From contig NZ_RJKQ01000002.1 in the NCBI RefSeq assembly GCF_003751845.1, positions 1,460,668-1,524,667 on the forward strand: DNA of 64,000 nucleotides, given 5' to 3'. The notes below the pieces were generated by a model. The model had not been told where the DNA came from, did not search any database, and was given only the letters and a program-made list of their open reading frames with translations. Shown here piece by piece: positions 44,693 to 55,951 of the stretch; position 1 is the stretch's first letter, and the number at the start of each line of letters is the position of its first letter. Both the position numbers and the translations under genes were made by a program. The DNA is from Enterobacter sp. BIGb0383 (lineage in GTDB: Bacteria > Pseudomonadota > Gammaproteobacteria > Enterobacterales > Enterobacteriaceae).

Positions 44693-45622
44693 ATGCTCGC
44701 AACACTGACGCGGCTGTTCCCGCTCTGGGCGCTGCTGCTCTCGCTTCTCGCCTGGTATACCCCGCCCACCTTTACCGCCATTGGCCCCTGGGTCACAACG
44801 CTGCTGATGCTGATTATGTTCGGCATGGGCGTACACCTGAAACTTGATGATTTTAAGCGCGTGCTTTCGCGCCCGGCACCGGTAGCCGCAGGGATTTTCC
44901 TGCACTATCTGGTGATGCCGCTCGCGGCATGGCTGTTGGCTATCCTTTTTAAAATGCCGCCTGACCTCTCCGCCGGTATGGTGCTGGTCGGCAGCGTGGC
45001 CAGCGGCACCGCCTCCAACGTGATGATCTATCTGGCAAAAGGGGATGTTGCTCTGTCGGTCACCATATCTTCCGTGTCAACGCTGGTTGGCGTGGTCGCC
45101 ACCCCGCTATTGACGCGTCTGTACGTTGACGCCCATATCCAGGTGGACGTGATGGGTATGCTGCTCAGCATCCTGCAAATAGTAGTGATCCCGATTGCCC
45201 TGGGGCTGATTATCCACCACCTCTTCCCACGGATGGTCAAAGCCGTCGAACCCTGGCTACCCGCGTTCTCAATGGTCTGCATTCTGGCCATTATCTGTGC
45301 GGTTGTGGCGGGTTCTGCGGCCAATATCGCGTCAGTGGGTCTGGTGGTGATTATCGCCGTGATCCTGCATAACACCATTGGTCTGCTGGGCGGCTACTGG
45401 GGCGGACGCCTGTTTGGCTTCGATGAGTCCACCTGCCGCACGCTGGCGATTGAGGTGGGGATGCAGAACTCCGGCCTTGCCGCTGCGCTTGGGAAAATCT
45501 ACTTCTCTCCTCTGGCTGCACTACCTGGCGCACTGTTCTCCGTCTGGCATAACCTCTCCGGTTCGCTGCTGGCGGGCTACTGGTCCGGTAAGCCCGTTGA
45601 TGCTAAACGCAAAAAGGGCTGA
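44693..45622 (+). CDS. Bile acid:sodium symporter (BASS) family transporter
   Basis: 309 aa polytopic membrane protein; ...[24 protein letters not shown]... and ...[11 protein letters not shown]... motifs typical of the SBF/BASS family. Confidence 0.75.
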   Translation: MLATLTRLFPLWALLLSLLAWYTPPTFTAIGPWVTTLLMLIMFGMGVHLKLDDFKRVLSRPAPVAAGIFLHYLVMPLAAWLLAILFKMPPDLSAGMVLVGSVASGTASNVMIYLAKGDVALSVTISSVSTLVGVVATPLLTRLYVDAHIQVDVMGMLLSILQIVVIPIALGLIIHHLFPRMVKAVEPWLPAFSMVCILAIICAVVAGSAANIASVGLVVIIAVILHNTIGLLGGYWGGRLFGFDESTCRTLAIEVGMQNSGLAAALGKIYFSPLAALPGALFSVWHNLSGSLLAGYWSGKPVDAKRKKG

Positions 45623-45633
45623 CGTTATTAGAT

Positions 45634-45660
45634 TGCCGGATGGCGTTTGCGCCATCCGGT
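45634..45660. repeat. REP-like palindromic hairpin between the convergent BASS gene and higA
   Basis: GCCGGATGGCG-TTTG-CGCCATCCGGT (resembles the enterobacterial REP core GCCGGATG...CATCCGGC). Confidence 0.5.
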
Positions 45661-46085
45661 TATCGGGAACGAGGTTCGATAAACACCTCAGCCGATACGT
45701 TAAAACGTTCAGCTAAAGCTCTGATATGATCGACGGTCAGATTGCGCTCTCCGCTGAGAATGCGGCTTACCAGCGACCGTTGGCCGATCTCATTCGTAAA
45801 TGAAGACTGATTTAATCCGTACTGATCCATCAGGACGCGAAGAGCCGCCACGCCACGCGGCAGCGCCTCAATACGCGCATTAAAGGCGGCGAGTTCGGGG
45901 TCATTGTTTTCATAACGGTCAATTTTCGCCATCAGCAATTCGATCAATGGGCTATCAGGGGCCTGCTCCATCAGACGTTCAATCACGTCCAGCGCCTGCT
46001 CATAATCTTGTTTGCGGGTACTGCGTCCTAAAAAGGGAATCAGCGTCACCAGTTCATCAGCCGCTTTAATCGCATGATTAATCAT
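45660..46085 (-). CDS. higA: HigA antitoxin (HTH, XRE family)
   Basis: 141 aa; ...RVLMDQYGLNQSSFTNEIGQRSLVSRILSGERNLTVDHIRALAERFNVSAEVFIE aligns with E. coli HigA (...RTLMDQYGLTLSDLPEIGSKSMVSRVLSGKRKLTLEHAKKLATRFGISPALFID). Confidence 0.85.
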   Translation of the reverse strand: MINHAIKAADELVTLIPFLGRSTRKQDYEQALDVIERLMEQAPDSPLIELLMAKIDRYENNDPELAAFNARIEALPRGVAALRVLMDQYGLNQSSFTNEIGQRSLVSRILSGERNLTVDHIRALAERFNVSAEVFIEPRSR

Positions 46086-46393
46086 TCTTTTGTCTCCCGG
46101 TAAAACCTCACCAGTTTGTCATACACCGCATGGGGAACGATGTGCTTCACAAAAATCCGCCCATACTCAAAATCGGCAAAAAACAGCAGTCGCAGATTAT
46201 TTCCCCCGACATTAATTACCCACCATTTGTCCCTGAACTTCATTCTGTCCAGGCTGGGAAAATCATGCCTCAGCTCATCCGGACTTTCATAAGATGTGCT
46301 TTTGAGGATCTTGTAAACGGCGTCCAGGGCCAGGGCATCATTAGGAAAACCTCTTGCCGCATCGTTGAACGGCCTCCTTGATATAACATGCAT
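46082..46393 (-). CDS. higB: HigB mRNA-interferase toxin (RelE/ParE superfamily)
   Basis: 103 aa; MHVISRRPFNDAARGFPN...FPSLDRMKFRDKWWVINVGGNNLRLL... aligns with E. coli HigB (MHLITQKALKDAAEKYPQ...FPSLDNFKYLDKHYVFNVGGNELRVV); 4-nt overlap with higA. Confidence 0.85.
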   Translation of the reverse strand: MHVISRRPFNDAARGFPNDALALDAVYKILKSTSYESPDELRHDFPSLDRMKFRDKWWVINVGGNNLRLLFFADFEYGRIFVKHIVPHAVYDKLVRFYRETKE

Positions 46394-46682
46394 AGTTCCC
46401 TCACAGGTTCCATAATGGAAACACTATAGCCGCGACGCATGACGTTGACAACATGGAAACATTCCATTCGAACGATTTTGCTTGTCATCTCTCAATAACT
46501 ATCGCAGCCCATACGGCTTATCGGTTCAGCATTAACTTACGCCGACGAAAACAGGTGTCACGCGATTGTGGAGAAACCTGCGAGGTGCTTTCCAGTCTAC
46601 ATAATCGCACTCAGACAATATGAGGAATGCACAACGCCCCCAGGTGGCGTACACTCGGTGCACTTCCTCAGGAGAGAATCCC

Positions 46683-46955
46683 ATGGCTCTGACCAGACTG
46701 ACGCAGCAAGATATGACGGAAAGCGAACAGCGGGAACTGAAAACGCGGCTCGATCGCGCGCGAATTGCCCACGGTCGTCCGCTGACCAACTCAGAAACCA
46801 ACCATGTGAAAAAAGAGTACATCGACAAGCTGATGGTGGAGCGGGAAGCGGCCGCGAAAAAGGCCCGTCAGGTGAAGAAGCAGAAAGCGTATAAGCCGGA
46901 TGCCGAATCAACCTTCTCCTGGTCGGCGAATACGCCGACCCGAGGCAGACGATAA
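46683..46955 (+). CDS. yjbD: DUF3811 protein YjbD
   Basis: 90 aa from ATG 46683; MALTRLTQQDMTESEQRELKTRLDRARIAHGRPLTNSETNHVKKEYIDKLMVEREA... near-identical to E. coli YjbD. Confidence 0.85.
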   Translation: MALTRLTQQDMTESEQRELKTRLDRARIAHGRPLTNSETNHVKKEYIDKLMVEREAAAKKARQVKKQKAYKPDAESTFSWSANTPTRGRR

Positions 46956-46967
46956 CAAAGAGCGCGA

Positions 46968-47843
46968 TTAGCGCCCTTTTTTCTTACGACCCGGCTGGTT
47001 AAAGCGCTTACGCGCGGCAAGCTCTGCCGGGGTTTTTGCCATGTTCTTCGCCCCGCTGGCGGCCGGTTTTTTCACCGCGACGGCCGCTTTAGGCTTCGCT
47101 TTTTTGGCCGGTTTTGCCTCAGACGTTGAATCTTCAATCAGCTTAAACAGCTCAACAAGCTCATCGGCGGTCAGATCTCGCCACTCGCCCGGCGGCAGCC
47201 CGGTAAGGCTGACGTTCATGATCCTGGTACGCTCCAGCTTTGTTACCTCAAAGCCAAAGTGTTCGCACATGCGGCGAATCTGGCGGTTCAGCCCCTGAAC
47301 CAGCGTAATGCGGAAGGCAAACGGCGCTTCTTTTTTCACTTTGCATTTTTTGGTCACAGTACCGAGGATAGGCACGCCCGCGCCCATGCCGCGAATAAAA
47401 TCATCGGTAACGGGTTTATTGACGGTCACCACGTACTCTTTCTCGTGATCGTTACCGGCACGCAGAATTTTATTCACCAGATCGCCGTGGTTGGTCAGGA
47501 AGATCAGCCCCTGCGAGTCCTTATCCAGACGCCCAATCGGGAAAATGCGGGTACTGTGATTGACGAAATCGACAATGTTGTCCTTCTCGCCATCTTCGGT
47601 TGTGCTGACAATCCCCACCGGCTTATTCAGGGCGATAAACACCAGGTCTTCTTCGTTGCGCGGCTCAATCAGCTGGCCGTTTACCTTGACCACGTCACCG
47701 GCGACCACCTGATCGCCAATGCCGGCGCGTTTGCCGTTAATAAAGACGTTGCCCTGTTCGATATAGCGATCGGCCTCACGACGTGAGCAGATCCCGCTCT
47801 CGCTAATGTATTTGTTTAATCGGGTTGATTGAGTCGGCAGCAT
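46968..47843 (-). CDS. rluF: 23S rRNA pseudouridine(2604) synthase RluF
   Basis: 291 aa; S4 domain N-terminus [31 protein letters not shown]; catalytic region ...[22 protein letters not shown]...; Lys-rich C-tail as in E. coli RluF. Confidence 0.93.
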   Translation of the reverse strand: MLPTQSTRLNKYISESGICSRREADRYIEQGNVFINGKRAGIGDQVVAGDVVKVNGQLIEPRNEEDLVFIALNKPVGIVSTTEDGEKDNIVDFVNHSTRIFPIGRLDKDSQGLIFLTNHGDLVNKILRAGNDHEKEYVVTVNKPVTDDFIRGMGAGVPILGTVTKKCKVKKEAPFAFRITLVQGLNRQIRRMCEHFGFEVTKLERTRIMNVSLTGLPPGEWRDLTADELVELFKLIEDSTSEAKPAKKAKPKAAVAVKKPAASGAKNMAKTPAELAARKRFNQPGRKKKGR

Positions 47844-47913
47844 AATTTCTCCTGTAAACGCGGAATATACCTTACCTCCCGCATGAGAAAAAATGGCTTT
47901 GCGCTTTATGCCG

Positions 47914-48285
47914 TCAGATTTGTGCGTCGGGGCGAAAAGAAATGCTCTGGCCTACCGTTAATGAAACCGGTTTTCCCAGCCTGACCAGCATCGTCACCAG
48001 CGCATCCAGGGTAAATTTGCTGGTTTTAAGATTCACGACATCAGATACCCGGGGCCGTGAGATATCAAGTTTTAACGCAGCATCCGCCTGTCGGAGGTTG
48101 TTGTCGGCTATCCATCCTGAGATTTCCTGCATCAGCTGCTGTTTAAGCACTAACAGCTGGCGAACCTCTTTTTCTGCACCCGCTAAAAGCTGCTGCGCCT
48201 GAGATTCATCAAACCCCAGTTCGCTAAAAATATTAGCGCCCGCAGGTGTGATATGGCGAATACCATTGTCCATTTTTGACTTCAT
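47914..48285 (-). CDS. XRE-family HTH antitoxin (COG5606-type partner of Gp49 toxins)
   Basis: 123 aa; HTH ...[40 protein letters not shown]...; 4-nt overlap with the upstream toxin gene. Confidence 0.7.
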   Translation of the reverse strand: MKSKMDNGIRHITPAGANIFSELGFDESQAQQLLAGAEKEVRQLLVLKQQLMQEISGWIADNNLRQADAALKLDISRPRVSDVVNLKTSKFTLDALVTMLVRLGKPVSLTVGQSISFRPDAQI

Positions 48286-48638
48286 GTGTGACTCCTGTGA
48301 TGCTGCATCACGGCCTGGTAACGTGATTTTCCGATGGCTTTGTCCCTGCCAGACGTACGCTGCGATTTTTTATTAAAACAGTGCAGGATATAAATTGCCT
48401 CGTCCAGTCGGGCCAGATAGAACACTCGCCAGGAACCGACCTCATCACGCAACCGAATTTCGACAGTGCCCGGTCCGATTTCCGTCATAGGTTTCCAGTC
48501 CTCGGCCCCAAGGCCCGCCTGAATCCGATGAAGTTGGTATCCAGCTTGTCGGCGGGGCCCTTCAGGAAAAGCAAGCAAATCCTCGTATGACGACCCCATC
48601 CAGATAATCGGTTTTGGTACTGATCTTATCGAAAGCAT
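48282..48638 (-). CDS. Gp49-like (PF05973/COG4679) RelE/ParE-superfamily toxin
   Basis: 118 aa; ...PKPIIWMGSSYEDLLAFPEG...WRVFYLARLDEAIYILHCFNKKSQRTSGRDKAIGKSRY characteristic of phage Gp49-type addiction toxins; toxin-first order with XRE antitoxin. Confidence 0.7.
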   Translation of the reverse strand: MLSIRSVPKPIIWMGSSYEDLLAFPEGPRRQAGYQLHRIQAGLGAEDWKPMTEIGPGTVEIRLRDEVGSWRVFYLARLDEAIYILHCFNKKSQRTSGRDKAIGKSRYQAVMQHHRSHT

Positions 48639-48755
48639 AACACATCCCTGTATAAAATTTTATACAAACATCAGGGATAGCGTACGCCTTTTACCTAAGC
48701 TGTCACACAGCAGAGGTGAACGTTACGAGGCGCTTTCCAGAATTCTTGCGGTGCC

Positions 48756-50387
48756 TCAATATTCATCCCGTTCTTCGTCTTCATCCGGCTGCTCCATCAC
48801 GCTGTAAGCCACCGCGCAGAACAGGGAGTTGAGTCGTTTCATATCGCCAAGCAGGCCAAGGTGCAGCGAGCTGGTTTCAATGCTCTGCACGTTTTGCTGA
48901 TGCAGCCTGTCGACGTGAGCGTGGGAGTAGCGGCGGTTGAGGATACGGAAGCGATGCTTGCGGCGGCGCAGGCGTCGGGCGCTTGGCACATCGCTGGAGA
49001 AGAAGACCGACATAGCCAGCTGCAGGTTACTGAGGAGCTGATCCAGCAGGCCGTCCAGTTCATTGATCCCCGCCAGCGAGAAAGCCCGACGGGCAGAGAG
49101 CGATTTATCGGCAATTTCGCTGCCCATACGTTCCGCGATATCCGACGCCTGCTCCAGGTTAAGCGACATCTCAATGATTTCCGCCCAGCGGCGCGACTCT
49201 TCATCCGCCAGCGCCTCTTTCGGCATCCGGGCAAGGTAGAGCTTAATGGCGGTATACAGCACGTTGATGTCGTCGGCAGTTTTGCGCAGCTCCTTTTCCT
49301 GCCGGGGTTCACCGTGCATTACCTTTTTCAGGTCGACCATCATCATCTCCATGGCGTCGCCCATGCGCAGGGTTTCGCGTGCGGCATTAGCCAGCGCCAG
49401 CGCGGGCGTATCAAGCGCCGCGGGATCGAGATGTTTGGGTTTTAGTCGTGCGTCGAGTTCCGGTTCATCGCGGATCAGCCGTTTACAGAACTCCGCCATT
49501 GGTCCGGCAAAGGGGACCATCACCAGGCAGCGGATCAGGTTGTAAAAGACATGGAAATAGATCACCAGCTCGGAGGCTTTCAGCGGCAGCTTCGCCATCA
49601 GACCGGCCAGGATATGGATAAACGGCAGGATCGCCAGGCAGCCCACCAGCTTAAACAACAGGCTCCCCAGCGCCACGCGGCGGGCGGCGGCATTGGCGGC
49701 GCTGTTGTTGAGCATCGCCAGCAGGCCGGAGCCGAGGTTTGCCCCGATGACCAGGCACAGAGCCACCGGGAAGGAGATGGCCCCTGCCGCAGTCAGGGTG
49801 GCGGTGAGCAGCACCGCGGCAAGGCTGGAATAGGTGATGATGGCAAACACGGCGCCGATCAGCGCATCCAGCATCAGATCGCCCGTCAGCGAGGCAAAAA
49901 TCACCTGTACACCGTTGGCCTGGGTAATCGGCGTGACGGCCTGAACAATAAGCTCAAGCGCCAGCAGGATAAGCCCAAGGCCGATTCCGACGCGGCCAAG
50001 CTGCCCTGCCCGGGTCTGCTTGCGGCTGAGGAAGAAGATCACGCCAATAAAAATCAGCAGCGGTGACAGCCAGGAGAGATCGAAGGTCAGGACTCGCGCC
50101 ATCAGGGCGGTCCCCACATCGGCACCAAGCACAATCACCAGCGCCGGAGCCAGCGCCACCAGATCCTGAGCAACAAAGGACGTGACCAGCAGGGTAGTGG
50201 CATTGCTGCTCTGTACCAGCGCGGTGACGCCAATACCGGCACAGAAGGCGAGCGGTTTCTTTTCCACACTTCGGCTAAGTACGGTACGCAGGCGTGCGCC
50301 ATAGACGCGCATGACGCCGGTACGCACGATATGCGTGCCCCAGACCAGAAGGGCGACGGCTGAAAGCAGGTGTAAAAGCGTTAGCAC
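48756..50387 (-). CDS. yjbB: Na+/Pi-cotransporter-family protein YjbB (with PhoU-like repeats)
   Basis: 543 aa, same length and N-terminus (MLTLLHLLSAVALLVWGTHIVRTGVMRVYGARLR) as E. coli YjbB. Confidence 0.9.
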   Translation of the reverse strand: MLTLLHLLSAVALLVWGTHIVRTGVMRVYGARLRTVLSRSVEKKPLAFCAGIGVTALVQSSNATTLLVTSFVAQDLVALAPALVIVLGADVGTALMARVLTFDLSWLSPLLIFIGVIFFLSRKQTRAGQLGRVGIGLGLILLALELIVQAVTPITQANGVQVIFASLTGDLMLDALIGAVFAIITYSSLAAVLLTATLTAAGAISFPVALCLVIGANLGSGLLAMLNNSAANAAARRVALGSLLFKLVGCLAILPFIHILAGLMAKLPLKASELVIYFHVFYNLIRCLVMVPFAGPMAEFCKRLIRDEPELDARLKPKHLDPAALDTPALALANAARETLRMGDAMEMMMVDLKKVMHGEPRQEKELRKTADDINVLYTAIKLYLARMPKEALADEESRRWAEIIEMSLNLEQASDIAERMGSEIADKSLSARRAFSLAGINELDGLLDQLLSNLQLAMSVFFSSDVPSARRLRRRKHRFRILNRRYSHAHVDRLHQQNVQSIETSSLHLGLLGDMKRLNSLFCAVAYSVMEQPDEDEERDEY

Positions 50388-50499
50388 GGGGTGACGGCCT
50401 CTTTCTTGTTATCAGTTTCCTTTGTTAAGTATAAGAGGTTAACCTTAATAAAGAGACAAGGCACCTTACCGGTGCCTTGTTTGTTAGTCAGATAGCGTT

Positions 50500-53400
50500 T
50501 TAGTCCGCATCGTATCCCAGGTTCGGTGCCAGCCAGCGCTCAACTTCCGCCACCGGCATGCCTTTACGTCGGGCATAGTCTTCCACCTGATCGCGCTGGA
50601 GCTGGGCGACGGCAAAATACTTGCTGTCAGGATGGCTGAAGTACCAGCCGGAAACGGAGGCTCCCGGCCACATGGCGAAGGATTCCGTCAGTTTCATGCC
50701 CGTATGGGTTTCCACATCCAGAAGCTGCCAGATAGTGCCTTTTTCCGTGTGCTCCGGGCAGGCCGGATAGCCCGGTGCCGGTCGGATGCCCTGGTAGTTT
50801 TCGCGGATCAGCTCTTCGTTACTCAGGTTCTCATTCGGCGAGAAGCCCCAGTAAACTTTACGCACGCGCTCGTGCAGATACTCGGCAAAGGCTTCCGCCA
50901 GACGGTCGGCTACGGCTTTGACCATGATCTTATTGTAGTCATCGTGCTGCGCGTCATACGCCTCGGCCAGCGCGTCCTCTTCCAGCCCGCCGGTAACGGC
51001 AAAGGCGCCGATATAGTCAGCTTTGCCGCTCAGTTTCGGGGCGACAAAATCGGCCAGACAGTAGTTGGCAAAGCCGGTTTTCTCCGTCTGCTGGCGCAGA
51101 TGATGGCTGACCGTCAGTATCTGTGTCCGGGTTTCGTCGCGGTAGATCTCCACGTCATCCCCCACCCGGTTAGCCGGGAATAAGCCCACCACGCCACGTG
51201 GGTTCAGCAGCCGTTCTGCGCTCAGCTTATCGAGCATCTCGTTGGCATCCTGGAACAGGCGCTTCGCCTCTTCCCCGACAACCTCATCTTCAAGAATGCG
51301 CGGATACTTCCCGGCCAGCGACCAGGTCATAAAGAACGGGGTCCAGTCGATATAGTTCCGCAGCGTCTCGATACTGGCCGTGATTTCCTGCACGCCGAGG
51401 CGATGGGCGACCGGCGGGGTGTAGCTCGCCCAGTCAAAGGCCAGATCGTTATCACGTGCCGCCTGCAGCGTCACCGGCGGCGTGCGCGGTTTTTTACGGC
51501 CATGCTGGATACGTACGGTTTCATACTCTTTACGGGTGCGGGCAACAAACTCGTCGTGCTGGGTGTCGGAAAGCAGCGCTGACACCACGCCAACGGTGCG
51601 CGAGGCGTTCTGCACATAGACCGTCGGCCCGCTGTAGTTCTGCTCGATTTTCACCGCCGTATGGGCTTTTGAGGTGGTCGCGCCGCCAATCAGCAGGGGA
51701 ATCGTAAAGCCCTGACGCTCCATCTCTTTGGCCACGTTGACCATTTCGTCCAGCGACGGAGTGATAAGCCCGGACAGGCCAATCAGATCGGCATTCTCTT
51801 CGCGGGCGGTTTTGAGGATTTTTTCCGCCGGGACCATCACGCCAAGATCGATAATTTCGTAGTTATTACACTGCAGCACCACGCCAACAATATTCTTACC
51901 GATATCGTGAACATCGCCCTTCACGGTGGCGATCACCATCTTGCCGTTGGAGGAGCCTTTCTCTTTGCTGGCTTCAATATAGGGCTGCAGATACGCCACC
52001 GCCTGCTTCATCACGCGGGCGGATTTCACCACCTGCGGCAGGAACATTTTCCCTTCGCCGAACAGGTCGCCAACCACGTTCATCCCGTCCATCAGCGGGC
52101 CTTCAATGACCTGGATCGGTCGGTCAGCCTGTTGGCGCGCCTCTTCCGTATCCAGCTCGATAAATTCGGTGATCCCTTTCACCAGCGAGTATTCCAGACG
52201 TTTTCTGACGTCCCAGCTACGCCACTCGGCCATCTGGGCATTCGCACCGTCGTCAGCCTTGCTACCGCGGTATTTTTCCGCCAGTTCCAGCAGCCGCTCG
52301 GTGCCGTCGTCGCGACGGTTAAGGACCACATCCTCAACCGCATCGCGCAGTTCCTGCGGCAGGTCGTCATAGATCGCCAGCTGACCGGCGTTAACGATCC
52401 CCATATCCATCCCGTTCCGGATGGCGTAGTAGAGGAATACCGCGTGAATCGCTTCACGAACCGGATCGTTCCCACGGAAGGAGAAGGAGACGTTGGATAC
52501 GCCGCCGGAGATCATCGCGTGCGGCAGTTCGCGTTTGATATCTTCACAGGCGCCGATAAAGTCCTGGGCGTAGTTGTTATGCTCTTCAATCCCGGTCGCG
52601 ACGGCAAAGATATTCGGGTCGAAGATAATATCTTCCGGCGGGAAACCGACGTCCTGAGTCAGAATATTGTACGCCCGACGACAGATCTCAATCTTGCGCT
52701 CGCGGGTATCGGCCTGGCCCACTTCATCAAAGGCCATCACCACCATCGCCGCGCCGTAGCGCCGCACTTTTTTCGCATGTTCGATAAAGAGGTCAACGCC
52801 CTCTTTCATCGAAATGGAGTTCACGATGCCTTTGCCCTGAATGCATTTCAGGCCCTTTTCGATGACTTCCCATTTCGAGGAGTCGATCATAATCGGCACG
52901 CGGGCGATATCCGGCTCACCGGCAATCAGGTTGAGGAAACGCACCATCGCCGCTTCGGCGTCGAGCATCCCCTCATCCATATTGATATCGATGATCTGCG
53001 CGCCGCTTTCGACCTGCTGCAACGCCACATCCAGCGCTTCGCTGTATTTCTCTTCTTTGATTAGGCGCTTAAATTTGGCCGAACCGGTAACGTTAGTACG
53101 CTCCCCGACGTTCACAAACAGGCTGTCCGCGCCGATATTCAGCGGCTCCAGCCCGGCGAGCCGACAGGCGACCGGCAGTTCAGGCAGCTGACGCGGCGGC
53201 AATCCGTCCACCGCCCGGCTCATCGCCGCAATATGTTCCGGCGTGGTGCCGCAGCAGCCGCCGACGATATTAAGGAACCCGGCTTCCGCCCACTCGCGGA
53301 TCTGCGCCGCCATGGTGTCGGCATCCAGATCGTATTCACCGAAGGCGTTTGGCAGACCGGCGTTCGGGTGTGCGGTCACGTAGCATTCGGCGATACGCGA

Positions 53401-54183
53401 CAGCTCCTGAACGTACTGGCGCAGTTCATCCGGACCCAGGGCACAGTTCAGGCCGAAGGTAAGCGCATCGGCATGGCGCAGGGAGTTATAAAATGCCTCG
53501 GTGGTTTGCCCGGACAGCGTGCGTCCTGAGGCGTCGGTGATGGTGCCGGAAATCATAATCGGCAGGTCCACGCCTAACGCTTCAAACTCTTCTTTCACCG
53601 CGAAGATAGCGGCTTTGGCGTTCAGGGTATCGAAGACCGTTTCAATCATGATCAGGTCAACACCGCCTTCAACCAGCGCTTTGGTGGATTCACGGTAGGC
53701 TTCCACCAGCAGGTCAAAAGTAATATTACGGAATGCCGGATCGTTAACGTCCGGCGAGATTGATGCGGTGCGGTTGGTCGGGCCAAGAACCCCGGCGACA
53801 TAGCGCGGTTTGTCCGGCGTGCGGGCCGTCCATTCGTCGGCGCAGGCGCGCGCCAGCCGGGCCGCTTCGACGTTGATCTCCGCCGACAGGGATTCCATCT
53901 GGTAATCCGCCATGGCGATGGTCGTCGAGTTAAAGGTGTTGGTTTCAACAATGTCGGCACCCGCCTCGAAGTAGGCGGAGTGGATGGCAGCGATGACATC
54001 CGGCTTGCTGAGAACCAGCAGGTCGTTATTGCCTTTGAGATCGCAGGGCCAGTCGGCGAAACGTTCGCCGCGGAAATCGTCCTCGCTCAGACGATAGCCC
54101 TGAATCATGGTTCCCATCCCACCGTCCAGTACCAGGATGCGCTTTTTTAACTGCTGGTGCAGTTGCTCAATTTTGCTGCTCAC
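50500..54183 (-). CDS. metH: Cobalamin-dependent methionine synthase MetH (GTG start)
   Basis: 1227 aa from GTG 54183 ((M)[25 protein letters not shown]... vs E. coli [26 protein letters not shown]); GGGAG RBS; same length as E. coli MetH; B12-binding DxHxxG (GDVHDIGKN) present. Confidence 0.95.
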   Translation of the reverse strand: MSSKIEQLHQQLKKRILVLDGGMGTMIQGYRLSEDDFRGERFADWPCDLKGNNDLLVLSKPDVIAAIHSAYFEAGADIVETNTFNSTTIAMADYQMESLSAEINVEAARLARACADEWTARTPDKPRYVAGVLGPTNRTASISPDVNDPAFRNITFDLLVEAYRESTKALVEGGVDLIMIETVFDTLNAKAAIFAVKEEFEALGVDLPIMISGTITDASGRTLSGQTTEAFYNSLRHADALTFGLNCALGPDELRQYVQELSRIAECYVTAHPNAGLPNAFGEYDLDADTMAAQIREWAEAGFLNIVGGCCGTTPEHIAAMSRAVDGLPPRQLPELPVACRLAGLEPLNIGADSLFVNVGERTNVTGSAKFKRLIKEEKYSEALDVALQQVESGAQIIDINMDEGMLDAEAAMVRFLNLIAGEPDIARVPIMIDSSKWEVIEKGLKCIQGKGIVNSISMKEGVDLFIEHAKKVRRYGAAMVVMAFDEVGQADTRERKIEICRRAYNILTQDVGFPPEDIIFDPNIFAVATGIEEHNNYAQDFIGACEDIKRELPHAMISGGVSNVSFSFRGNDPVREAIHAVFLYYAIRNGMDMGIVNAGQLAIYDDLPQELRDAVEDVVLNRRDDGTERLLELAEKYRGSKADDGANAQMAEWRSWDVRKRLEYSLVKGITEFIELDTEEARQQADRPIQVIEGPLMDGMNVVGDLFGEGKMFLPQVVKSARVMKQAVAYLQPYIEASKEKGSSNGKMVIATVKGDVHDIGKNIVGVVLQCNNYEIIDLGVMVPAEKILKTAREENADLIGLSGLITPSLDEMVNVAKEMERQGFTIPLLIGGATTSKAHTAVKIEQNYSGPTVYVQNASRTVGVVSALLSDTQHDEFVARTRKEYETVRIQHGRKKPRTPPVTLQAARDNDLAFDWASYTPPVAHRLGVQEITASIETLRNYIDWTPFFMTWSLAGKYPRILEDEVVGEEAKRLFQDANEMLDKLSAERLLNPRGVVGLFPANRVGDDVEIYRDETRTQILTVSHHLRQQTEKTGFANYCLADFVAPKLSGKADYIGAFAVTGGLEEDALAEAYDAQHDDYNKIMVKAVADRLAEAFAEYLHERVRKVYWGFSPNENLSNEELIRENYQGIRPAPGYPACPEHTEKGTIWQLLDVETHTGMKLTESFAMWPGASVSGWYFSHPDSKYFAVAQLQRDQVEDYARRKGMPVAEVERWLAPNLGYDAD

Positions 54184-54378
54184 ACTTACTCCCGACAAGG
54201 CTCAACCAGGCCAAAAAGGCCAGCAGGTCATACTGGCATAATATGGCAGGGTGGAACAGTCACCGTGCGGTAACATGAGAGATGTTCACTATTACTCATC
54301 CGATCAGTGTGTCGGGCGGTTGCAAAATTGGCAAATAAAACGAAAACTATTTCCATGATACAGAAAAAGGAGTCTGAC

Positions 54379-55203
54379 ATGGTCGCACCCGTTCCCGCCA
54401 AACGCGGCAGAAAACCCGCCGCGGCTCCCGCACAGGCAACCGGCCAGGTCCAGTCGCTAACGCGCGGGCTGAAACTGCTGGAGTGGATTGCCGAATCCCA
54501 GGGCAGCGTGGCGCTGACCGAGCTGGCCCAGCAGGCTGGCCTGCCTAACTCCACCACCCATCGGCTTCTCACCACCATGCAGCAACTGGGCTTTGTCCGC
54601 CAGGTCGGCGAGCTGGGGCACTGGGCGGTAGGCGCGCATGCCTTCGTGGTCGGCAGCAGCTTTTTGCAGAGTCGAAACCTACTGGCGATTGTCCATCCGG
54701 TCCTGCGCAGTCTGATGGAAGAGTCCGGGGAAACGGTCAATCTGGCGGTACTGGATAAAGGCGACCATCAGGCGATTATTGTCGACCAAGTACAGTGTAC
54801 TCAGTTAATGCGTATGTCAGCGCCTATCGGCGGCAAGCTGCCGATGCACGCCTCCGGCGCAGGCAAAGCCTTTCTGGCGAATCTCAACGATGACCAGGTC
54901 AGCGGCCTGCTGCACCGTAAGGGGCTACACGCCTATACCCACGCCACGCTGGTATCGCCGGTGCATCTGAAAGAGGATCTCGCCCAGACGCGCAAGCGCG
55001 GTTACTCATTTGACGATGAAGAACACGCTCTCGGCCTGCGCTGCGTGGCGGCCTGTATTTATGATGAGCATCGGGAACCCTTTGCCGCTATCTCTATTTC
55101 CGGCCCCATTTCGCGTATTACCGACGACCGGGTGACCGAGCTGGGCGCGCTGGTTATCAGGGCGGCGAAGGATGTCACGCAGAAATATGGTGGAATGCGT
55201 TAG
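54379..55203 (+). CDS. iclR: IclR glyoxylate-shunt repressor
   Basis: 274 aa from ATG 54379 (MVAPVPAKRGRKPAAAPAQATGQVQSLTRGLKLLEWIAES...) collinear with E. coli IclR; AAGGAG RBS. Confidence 0.95.
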   Translation: MVAPVPAKRGRKPAAAPAQATGQVQSLTRGLKLLEWIAESQGSVALTELAQQAGLPNSTTHRLLTTMQQLGFVRQVGELGHWAVGAHAFVVGSSFLQSRNLLAIVHPVLRSLMEESGETVNLAVLDKGDHQAIIVDQVQCTQLMRMSAPIGGKLPMHASGAGKAFLANLNDDQVSGLLHRKGLHAYTHATLVSPVHLKEDLAQTRKRGYSFDDEEHALGLRCVAACIYDEHREPFAAISISGPISRITDDRVTELGALVIRAAKDVTQKYGGMR

Positions 55204-55261
55204 CATTTAAAAGGTTATATACTGAGCGTCCACTTTTTACTCATCTTACCGGGACGTGCTG

Positions 55262-55951
55262 ATGATAAAGGATGCTCAGGAGTGCCACCCGCCCAGGGCG
55301 CGCAAATTTTCTCTCGATCAGCGCCTGATCCAGGGAGTGCTGGTCACACTCTGCCGCCTGCTGACCGGCATCAGGTCTTTCTGGCACAGCCTGCCGGACA
55401 CGGATCAGGCCACTATCTATTACGCCAACCACAGCAGTCACCTCGACGGTTTAGTCATCTGGGCCAGCCTGCCTCGTACGCTGCGCAATCGGGTACATCC
55501 GGTAGCAGCCGCCGATTACTGGAACAAAACGACCCTGCGTCGCTATCTGGCAACGCGGATATTTAACGCGGTGCTGGTGGAGCGTCGCAGTGCCCCGGCG
55601 GAAGCCTCAACGGACGTATCGTCTCGCGACCCGCTCCTGCCGCTGGTCGAGAAGCTGGCCGCGGGTCATTCGCTGATTTTCTTCCCGGAGGGTACCCGTG
55701 GCACGGGCGATGAAGTCGCCGCCTTCAAAAGCGGGCTATTCCATCTCATTCAGCGCGTCCCTCAGGTGCGACTCGTCCCGGTGTGGCTGGAAAATATGAA
55801 CCGGGTACTGCCAAAAGGCTCCCGGCTGGTGGTCCCGATTATTTGTACCGCCACTTTCGGCGCTGCCCTTGAAAATTCCGCTGAGGATGAAGGCAAAAGA
55901 GAATTTCTGGCCCGCGCAAAACAGGCGCTGGAGGCGCTGACCCATGATTAA
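55262..55951 (+). CDS. PlsC-like lysophospholipid (1-acyl-glycerol-3-phosphate) acyltransferase family protein
   Basis: HX4D motif NHSSHLDG and FFPEGTRG acyltransferase motif; 229 aa from ATG 55262; occupies the arpA position of E. coli. Confidence 0.7.
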   Translation: MIKDAQECHPPRARKFSLDQRLIQGVLVTLCRLLTGIRSFWHSLPDTDQATIYYANHSSHLDGLVIWASLPRTLRNRVHPVAAADYWNKTTLRRYLATRIFNAVLVERRSAPAEASTDVSSRDPLLPLVEKLAAGHSLIFFPEGTRGTGDEVAAFKSGLFHLIQRVPQVRLVPVWLENMNRVLPKGSRLVVPIICTATFGAALENSAEDEGKREFLARAKQALEALTHD

